Shown one piece after another: positions 1 to 6,360 of a DNA stretch of 13,501 bases. The DNA lies in NCBI GenBank assembly GCA_046760505.1, contig JBHIEG010000038.1:1-13501 (forward strand). The letters run 5' to 3'. Position numbers and translations under genes: made by a program. Under the pieces are notes generated by a model. That model was not told the origin of the DNA and searched no databases. It saw only the letters and a list, made by a program, of their open reading frames with translations. The DNA comes from Candidatus Hydrothermarchaeota archaeon. Its GTDB lineage: Archaea; CAYFZR01. The first letter of the stretch is position 1; every line of letters begins with the position of its first letter.

Positions 1-1148
1 AAAGTACCTATCGACCCGCTATACGGTATTACACACCCTTTAGGAGAGACTCCAACTGAGTATAGGGAGTGTAAAGCAAGACCTAAATCCTTCCAGAATT
101 CCTGTTCATACACCAAGTAAAAAGGACCCATAGGATATTTAGAGGGCATTCTATATGAGGTAACCCAGCTAAAGAATGATCTCTTTCCGTATCTCCTCTC
201 CTTCCATGAAAATGGCACATCTTTCCAAGGGTCTTGCGTCAAGCCGTAGCATGAGATCTCGTATCCAATATTTTGCCATAGCATGAGATCGTTTTTAATA
301 TCGCCGTCCATTATTGTATAGAAGGGGATGAATAAAGTGGCTTTCTTTCGATTTTTTGCCAGTAGCCTGTTTATTTTCAAAAATTCATCCTTTACTTCCT
401 CTCCATTGAAATCCACTCTTACCAAAACAGCGCTCTTAGCGCCATCTGGCCATAGACCGAGGTAGGCCAGAGGTTTTTCCTTAAAATTAGACGCTTTTCT
501 CAGGGAATTTAGGGCTAGTAGATTCATCTCCTGCCTATGGGTCACCAAATATTGATAGAATGGATTGAATTGATACCATATAACCAGACCCTTCCCATAT
601 CTGTTCGTGGCAATTGCAGGATAAGTATAAAACCTAAAACTTGCAACTTCGCTCAAGTTAGCATTCGCGGGATAGAGGTTGTAGGTGGGGGAATAGACTT
701 GAAAAGAATCTCCGTATACTCCCTCTGTGATCAGATCTTTCTTGGTAATAACTACCTCTCTGGTGGTAATAGAATTCTGCAGGGCGCTACCTTTAAGACC
801 CAGTATATCTAATGCGAGACCGTTCCTAGGATTGCCATTCGCATCAAGAGAAGAAGGAGCACCGATAGCAATCAAGACCCCCCCGTTTTTTACAAATTCC
901 TTTAATTTTTTGACTTCTGTGTTGGAAAGACTTCTATCGTCTATTATAATGAGATCATATGGGGATATAGAAACTTCATCGATAGGACCGATTTTCGAGT
1001 AGGGAATTTCATAAAAATCTAGGTATCGTCCAATCTCGTATGACCGGGAGAACTTATCGTCTCCCTGATACACTGCGATCCTTAATGTCTGTTGACATAA
1101 ACCAACAGAGGCTATTACAATTAATGTGAGCAGCATTAAGGCTCTCAT
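1..1148 (-). CDS. Secreted protein with a class I GATase-like (beta-galactosidase trimerisation-like) domain plus a NodB/CE4 polysaccharide deacetylase-like domain; 3' end runs off the window
   Basis: Not in the ORF track. Manual translation from ATG at 1148 is open for 382 codons to the window edge. Signal peptide MRALMLLTLIVIASVGLC. GATase-like motifs YDLIIID...KLKEFVKNGGVLIAIG and PAIATNRYGKGLVIWY. CE4-like motifs LWPDGAKSAVLVRVD, KATLFIP and GYEISCYG. Confidence 0.8.
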   Translation of the reverse strand, partial: MRALMLLTLIVIASVGLCQQTLRIAVYQGDDKFSRSYEIGRYLDFYEIPYSKIGPIDEVSISPYDLIIIDDRSLSNTEVKKLKEFVKNGGVLIAIGAPSSLDANGNPRNGLALDILGLKGSALQNSITTREVVITKKDLITEGVYGDSFQVYSPTYNLYPANANLSEVASFRFYTYPAIATNRYGKGLVIWYQFNPFYQYLVTHRQEMNLLALNSLRKASNFKEKPLAYLGLWPDGAKSAVLVRVDFNGEEVKDEFLKINRLLAKNRKKATLFIPFYTIMDGDIKNDLMLWQNIGYEISCYGLTQDPWKDVPFSWKERRYGKRSFFSWVTSYRMPSKYPMGPFYLVYEQEFWKDLGLALHSLYSVGVSPKGCVIPYSGSIGT

Positions 1149-1196
1149 AAACAATACCTTAGGAGAATGTGTAACTTACACTAAATAGATCTTTCG

Positions 1197-1718
1197 TCAG
1201 ACACTTTTCCACATATCGACCCAAAACTTAGCGGCTTCAAGGGTTCCGTTTCTGTCTGAGCCCGCTATAACTAATACGTCTTTTCCGTAGCCAAAGGGAT
1301 CTTTTATGAGTTGAACTACTCCGTTGCCGGGGCCGGGATAATCGTTCGTTATCTTAATTTCCATCTTATCAAAAACTTCTTTACTCAAAGAATTTGCAAC
1401 AGGTCCGCCTATCAAGATTAGGTTGTACCACTTTTTCGTATCGTTAGTCACCTCTGTATCTAGGTATGTAAGGTGAGATAGAACTACCTTAAATCCAGAC
1501 CTTTCTTCTTTGAAGGCCATTGTTCCAATTTTTCCAGCTATTAAGGAGGCGCTCAACCCATCCATGGCTGGAGCAGGTGTGTTTGCTCCCACAACTATCT
1601 TTGCCCTCATGTAGTCAAAATTCAAGATCTCGCTTATATCGGTGGATATATGGGCATATGCAGGCATGAAAATGGAAATCAGGATAATTGTCTGTAAGAA
1701 ATAACTTTTTCTCTCCAT
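1197..1718 (-). CDS. Small S-layer-domain protein (Methanococcales/Thermococcales S-layer N- and C-terminal motifs)
   Basis: Signal peptide ending PAYA. N-terminal motif KIVVGANTPAPAMDGLSASLIA. C-terminal motifs NLILIGGPVANSL and LVIAGSDRNGTLEAA. Sequons NDT and NGT. Start overlaps the upstream gene by 40 nt. Confidence 0.85.
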   Translation of the reverse strand: MERKSYFLQTIILISIFMPAYAHISTDISEILNFDYMRAKIVVGANTPAPAMDGLSASLIAGKIGTMAFKEERSGFKVVLSHLTYLDTEVTNDTKKWYNLILIGGPVANSLSKEVFDKMEIKITNDYPGPGNGVVQLIKDPFGYGKDVLVIAGSDRNGTLEAAKFWVDMWKSV

Positions 1719-2110
1719 GTATCAACTAACACCTCTACCGAAGCGTTTTTTATGGTAGATCGAATAAGGATATCCCATATATGGGGATTTTCCGTCTTTA
1801 AGATACTTACATCAACACCCTTAGTGCTGTTCCCTATAATTTTTTTTACGAAGTTGCCTGCATTCTCATCGGCAAAAAGGACTTTTACTGCTGTGTACTT
1901 CTCGTCCCCCTTCTTTTTTGTATCTTCAATTTCCTGAGCGAGTTTTGAAATGGAGACTTTTGTTCTTGAGAGTTCATCGCTTACTCTTTCATTTTCAAGT
2001 TCTAGCCCCTTCAATCTTTTATTCATACTCCATAGAGCTAGACCACTCATGAAGATGGTTAGAACCAGCAGAATAACCAACATCTCATCCTTCTTAATAG
2101 GCATTTTCAT
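1679..2110 (-). CDS. Membrane-anchored coiled-coil protein with a C-terminal PepSY-like domain
   Basis: Hydrophobic helix LVILLVLTIFMSGLALW, about 40 aa of heptad-like sequence, then IWDILI...VEVLVDTWREKVI. Sequons NST and NAS. TATA box about 29 nt upstream of the ATG. Confidence 0.7.
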   Translation of the reverse strand: MKMPIKKDEMLVILLVLTIFMSGLALWSMNKRLKGLELENERVSDELSRTKVSISKLAQEIEDTKKKGDEKYTAVKVLFADENAGNFVKKIIGNSTKGVDVSILKTENPHIWDILIRSTIKNASVEVLVDTWREKVISYRQLS

Positions 2111-2138
2111 CCCACGAAAGTCTTATCTACTCAACCCC

Positions 2139-2146
2139 CATATAAA
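2139..2146 (-). promoter_or_regulatory. Archaeal TATA box for the leftward operon (2110 to 1), probably a leaderless transcript
   Basis: Minus strand reads TTTATATG, preceded by A-rich CAGACAAAATATG, about 29 nt upstream of the ATG at 2110. Confidence 0.55.
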
Positions 2147-2177
2147 CATATTTTGTCTGTGGTCAGTTTGTGATTTT

Positions 2178-2792
2178 ATGGCAGACGGAAAATACCTTAC
2201 GATTGTCGTAACACTTCTAGTTATCCTATTATCTATTCTAGGTTGTCTACAGACAACAAGTGAGAAGGAGATTTCGACCTTAAAAGAAAGGATAATGTCG
2301 ATGAATGCTACCATTATCGCGCAGAGAAACATCATAGAGACTCAAAGGGAAACTATTGAGAACTACAAAAAGATGATTGTAAAGCTTCGGGAGAAAATCA
2401 TACAGTTGAATGAAAGTATTACTACAATTTCACAGATAAAAAAGATTGAGTGCGGGGAGAAAAAAAATGTTACCATTATACAGGAAAAACCTTCAGAATG
2501 TGAGGAATTATTTGATCGGAAGCCAACCCGCTCTCTAATTATTGCTTTAAGTGATGAAGAAGTAAAGGAAGACTTTGAAGAGTGGGACAAATATTATTTC
2601 GATTTCGTAATCATATCCAAAGTTAAAAACTTGGAGAGATTTCAAAGGATCGATCAAAAAATACACAAAGAAGTATGGAATGTGACGATACATGCGATTC
2701 CAAAGAAGTGGAAAGAGATATACAAAAATAAAACATACATGATCTATGTGGACATAGAGCGTGGTAAGGTACTGGATAAAGAAGAGAGATAA
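2178..2792 (+). CDS. Putative lipoprotein with a coiled-coil stalk and a C-terminal PepSY-like domain (204 aa)
   Basis: Start moved from 1950 to ATG 2178, because 1950-2110 overlaps the opposite-strand gene. MADGKYLTIVVTLLVILLSILGC gives a lipobox-like Cys23. About 60 aa of coiled coil follow, then VWNVTI...MIYVDIERGKVL. Sequons NAT, NES, NVT (twice) and NKT. Confidence 0.75.
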   Translation: MADGKYLTIVVTLLVILLSILGCLQTTSEKEISTLKERIMSMNATIIAQRNIIETQRETIENYKKMIVKLREKIIQLNESITTISQIKKIECGEKKNVTIIQEKPSECEELFDRKPTRSLIIALSDEEVKEDFEEWDKYYFDFVIISKVKNLERFQRIDQKIHKEVWNVTIHAIPKKWKEIYKNKTYMIYVDIERGKVLDKEER

Positions 2793-2836
2793 TCTTTTAC
2801 TTATACAGAATTGCAGACAAATATGCCACCCTAAAT

Positions 2837-2850
2837 TTTATATTAATATA
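2837..2850 (+). promoter_or_regulatory. Probable TATA box for the 2877-4824 operon
   Basis: TTTATATT at 2837-2844, overlapping the perfect palindrome TATATTAATATA (2839-2850), about 30 nt upstream of ATG 2877. Confidence 0.45.
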
Positions 2851-2876
2851 ATTATTATACTAAAGAATGTGGAAAA

Positions 2877-4124
2877 ATGCGCAGAGTATTTGCCTTATGC
2901 TTAATCTTAATGTTGTTGGTTCCTGCATCTGCTAAGTTCAAATACCGATTTGATAAGGCTTGGGAAAATCCTGAAACCGTATTCTCGGCTTGGATAAAGG
3001 TAAACGATGTACTGAAAATAGGCGACAGGTATTACCTCAAACTTACCGATGTAGACTCAGATAAAAAAACAGCATCGATAGAGTTTGTAGTACTATTAGA
3101 CGGAAATTACCATGATCTTGGATTGGGAGAGGCCGGATTGATTTCAAGAGAGCAGATAATAGACGGAATCACGATGCAAGCCCATGAGCAAATGATATTT
3201 GAAGACAGCGATGAAAGGCGCCAAAGACATCCATTTAGGGTTAGTCTTACATGGGCTGATGAAGATCAAAATGCGGCGTTCATTCACATTTCGCGTAAGA
3301 GAGATGATGTCATAAACGTAACATGGTTTGTTAAAAGCTTCGGAGGATGGCTCAGCGAAGGAGAGAGTATCCAATCAGGGGAATACACAATTTCAATGCT
3401 AACTGCTGATTACTCTGGAACAAAGGCTAGAGTGAGAATTGAAAAGGATGGAATTCCCATAAAAGATATTCGGATCTATAAATTCCCTGTTTTTGGAAGA
3501 GTAATGGATAGCGCAGGGGATGACATCATAGTGGAGTTCGTGGATGGAAAATATGGAGCATGTGCCGCGAACATCAACGTATATACGCGGAGAGCCTTAG
3601 CATGTGGAATCTTCAAAAAAGTAACTGCGGAAAAGGTTACCGTGCCTAAGCCTGTTGCAGTTCCTGAAGTAACTCCTGCACCAACTCCTACCCTTGCGCC
3701 TCCGATTAAACCCAAACCTGAAATTAGCGTATCGAAGCAAGCGTATGAAACTGAATTAAATCCCGGAGAATCAACAAGGATAATTGTAATTTTGAAAAAT
3801 AACGGAGAGGGACTGGCAAAAAATCTGAGAATAAGTGATATGGTACCTCCTGCATTCATGATCACGAGTGGAACCAACGTTTGGTCCCTAGATTCTCTGG
3901 CACCTGGACAATCAACATGGTTCTTCTACTCAATTTCTTCCAGTATCCCAAACGTTTATGAACTTCCTCAGGCTAGCGTTTCCTACCAAGACGAGGAGGG
4001 GAACTACTATCATGCTGATTCAAATAAATTAAAGATTACGGTAAAGAAATCAGCACCAAAAATCAAAGAAGAAAAAGGTTTGATACAGAGAATCCTTGGA
4101 TTAATATTCTCTCTCTTTGATTGA
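2877..4124 (+). CDS. Secreted cell-surface protein: beta-rich N-terminal domains, Pro/Thr linker, DUF11/BatD-like Ig domain, amphipathic C-terminal anchor
   Basis: Signal peptide MRRVFALCLILMLLVPASA. Linker VPKPVAVPEVTPAPTPTLAPPIKPKP. DUF11 pattern PEISVSK...PGE...LKNNGEG.A.NL.ISDMVP...LAPG...Y.LP.A.V.Y.D. Tail KGLIQRILGLIFSLFD. Confidence 0.8.
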   Translation: MRRVFALCLILMLLVPASAKFKYRFDKAWENPETVFSAWIKVNDVLKIGDRYYLKLTDVDSDKKTASIEFVVLLDGNYHDLGLGEAGLISREQIIDGITMQAHEQMIFEDSDERRQRHPFRVSLTWADEDQNAAFIHISRKRDDVINVTWFVKSFGGWLSEGESIQSGEYTISMLTADYSGTKARVRIEKDGIPIKDIRIYKFPVFGRVMDSAGDDIIVEFVDGKYGACAANINVYTRRALACGIFKKVTAEKVTVPKPVAVPEVTPAPTPTLAPPIKPKPEISVSKQAYETELNPGESTRIIVILKNNGEGLAKNLRISDMVPPAFMITSGTNVWSLDSLAPGQSTWFFYSISSSIPNVYELPQASVSYQDEEGNYYHADSNKLKITVKKSAPKIKEEKGLIQRILGLIFSLFD

Positions 4125-4125
4125 T

Positions 4126-4824
4126 ATGAGATCTCTTATAATTTTGATTATCTGTTTTTTCCTGTTCTTTTTTTTATTCCTTCAAAATAATGAAAATGGA
4201 TATGAAGATCTTAAGAAAGAGAACAAAGAACTGAAAGAAAAGTTGATTGAAAAAAATCAGAGATTGCAGGATCAGGAGAAAGAAATCTCAGAGCTAAGGC
4301 TTAAAATATTAGAGTTAGAAGAAAATATTGAAAGGAAAGACAAAAAAATTGCTGAACTGGAAAATACAGTGAAATATTATTCAGGTAGAGATCCAAAGGC
4401 ATTAATTCGAAACGAGGACGTGTCTTACTTGGTTTCCAGAATATGTTTGGGAGCCAACCACACTGAATGCGAAAAGAGGATTTTCTACTATGTAAGGGAC
4501 GAAATAAGATATCAGCATGATGTCCTTGGACTTGAGGTATGGCAAACTCCATCAGAGACGTTAAAAATAAAGAAAGGGGACTGTGAGGATAAGGCAATAC
4601 TCTTGGGCAGCATGCTAAGAACAATAAACTCACCGGAAGAAGTTTTCATAAATGTTGGGAAAAAAGGAAACTACGGGCACGTATGGGTAACCCTGGAAGG
4701 AAAGATATTGGAACCATATGACAAGAACCCTTTCGAGTTGGACGAAAAAGAAAATTATGAGATATTCTATAGGTTTAACGATGTTTATTTCAATTTTTCG
4801 TACAGTTCTGTTACTTCATCGTAG
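4126..4824 (+). CDS. Membrane-anchored coiled-coil transglutaminase-like cysteine protease or transferase
   Basis: ATG 4126 lies 1 nt after the upstream stop (the track uses TTG 4117). N-terminal TM helix, about 60 aa of coiled coil, then IFYYVRDEIRY..D...WQTPSETL..KKGDCEDKAILLGSML, GHVWV and LEPY, giving a Cys-His-Glu triad. Confidence 0.88.
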   Translation: MRSLIILIICFFLFFFLFLQNNENGYEDLKKENKELKEKLIEKNQRLQDQEKEISELRLKILELEENIERKDKKIAELENTVKYYSGRDPKALIRNEDVSYLVSRICLGANHTECEKRIFYYVRDEIRYQHDVLGLEVWQTPSETLKIKKGDCEDKAILLGSMLRTINSPEEVFINVGKKGNYGHVWVTLEGKILEPYDKNPFELDEKENYEIFYRFNDVYFNFSYSSVTSS

Positions 4825-6263
4825 AGTACCTCTATTCTACGCTCGTATTCTTCCCTTGAGATTATTCCCAACTCATAATCATGAGAAACCTCTCTATACT
4901 CTTTTTTTATTTTTCTGAGTATATTCTCCTCTTTGTTTCTTCTAAAAACTATGAAAACAGAAGTGAAGAAAAGTGAAAAAATGCAAAGCGATGATCCTAG
5001 GATCAATAGGTTTTTCCTTGAATTTGTTTTTTCTCTCTCTTCATCTATAAGGTAAATGGTCTGATATGCCAGTTCGCTCGATTTTTCCGCTTCTCCTTTG
5101 GCTAAAGAGTAATCTCTAATCTCTAAAGCATTTAATGCCCTATCGTAATGATTTTTTGATTTAAGATAGAGATCGTTTATTTCTTTTCTATTGGGCTCGA
5201 TCCATAGGAATGAGGATTTATTCAGTTCTTTTAACTTTTTATTTGCAAGAGATAATGCGTTCTCTGCTTTTTTTATTTGTTGAAGAGTGATGTTGAGTTT
5301 TTTCTTCTCGAGACTTTTCTTGTAAGATCTTATGTTCCTCTCCACTGCGTTTGTTAGATAAATTGCAGAGATTAGAATGGCTCTTGACTCTTCAAGCTCA
5401 GACCTATAAACCTTCTCCTCAGAAAATTTTAGAAGATCTTTTGCAACATCCAAAGAACTCCTGTATGCTGTAAGATCTTCTTCATTCATTATTTCTTTTT
5501 CTAAATCTTTAATTTTGAGTCTTTGGGTTGAGATATTGTCGATTAGATCTTTTTTTTGTCTTTCTAGTTCAAATAGTCTTTCTCTCTTTTCTTTCTTTAG
5601 TTTTAATTCTTTTAATTCACTAATTTTTTTCTCTTCAAGATCGTAATCAATTTTAATCTCCGTTACGTTGAGAATTGGAGTCAAATGATAGTAGAAGACG
5701 TTCCTTCCTCTTTCAATAAATATTTTCTCTGGTTCTGGGTGATATTCTTTATAAACAGCTCCCTCAGGTAGTTTAATGAGTAATTCAAGATCTCTGACAG
5801 GAATGTTGTTCAAAGGGTAAAATTTGAGATTAAAAGAGAAGAAGAAACTACTTTTCTTTTCGATTAAATCTTCGGTGTAAAATTTGAAGTTGTAGTTCAC
5901 TTTTTCTTTATAGTAAATAGGTCTTCTGAAATTTATGGTCATTGACGAGTTTTTTAATTCGTATTCTAAAGGTCCTTCAGAATCTTGTGCGGAGATATAA
6001 AATATCTCATTTACGTTTATATAAAATATGTCATAGAGTGCCATTCCCTGCAAAAAGTTTGTAAATGTTACCTTTCCTTCAACATAGGTTGTACCACCCT
6101 CAGAAAGATCGCAGAAAATATCTACTTCGTGCGTGCCAGAATATGCGTGGACCACGTGGACCAAATGCATGAATATACCGGATGTTATAGCTATGATAAA
6201 TGTAAGAAAGATATACCATCTATGATTAAGTGCTCTTAGATCTAGTGGATCGCGTAGGCGCAT
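4785..6263 (-). CDS. Single-pass membrane protein: extracellular beta-sandwich (ribophorin-I/DUF2207-like), long helical region, TM helix, cytoplasmic SHOCT-like tail
   Basis: N-terminal hydrophobic segment ending VHA. Beta-rich region with LELLIKLPEG. Lys/Glu-rich helices. TM LLILGSSLCIFSLFFTSVFIVF. Tail YELGIISREEYERRIEVL. Confidence 0.7.
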   Translation of the reverse strand: MRLRDPLDLRALNHRWYIFLTFIIAITSGIFMHLVHVVHAYSGTHEVDIFCDLSEGGTTYVEGKVTFTNFLQGMALYDIFYINVNEIFYISAQDSEGPLEYELKNSSMTINFRRPIYYKEKVNYNFKFYTEDLIEKKSSFFFSFNLKFYPLNNIPVRDLELLIKLPEGAVYKEYHPEPEKIFIERGRNVFYYHLTPILNVTEIKIDYDLEEKKISELKELKLKKEKRERLFELERQKKDLIDNISTQRLKIKDLEKEIMNEEDLTAYRSSLDVAKDLLKFSEEKVYRSELEESRAILISAIYLTNAVERNIRSYKKSLEKKKLNITLQQIKKAENALSLANKKLKELNKSSFLWIEPNRKEINDLYLKSKNHYDRALNALEIRDYSLAKGEAEKSSELAYQTIYLIDEEREKTNSRKNLLILGSSLCIFSLFFTSVFIVFRRNKEENILRKIKKEYREVSHDYELGIISREEYERRIEVLYDEVTELYEKLK

Positions 6264-6360
6264 ACTGATCTTTGCACACTAAAAATATTTATTCTATGCT
6301 ATAACCCTCTTTCAAGATTTATTGCCAATCTTAAAACCAAATAGACTCTCCTGCTGATTT

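Noticed and set aside
537-1002. Plus-strand ORFs 537-812 and 727-1002
   Set aside because: Antisense shadows of the long minus-strand CDS (1-1148), which has a signal peptide and recognisable motifs.
1950-2177. N-terminal extension of the 280-aa ORF
   Set aside because: Overlaps the opposite-strand gene and the promoter. ATG 2178 gives a clean signal peptide.
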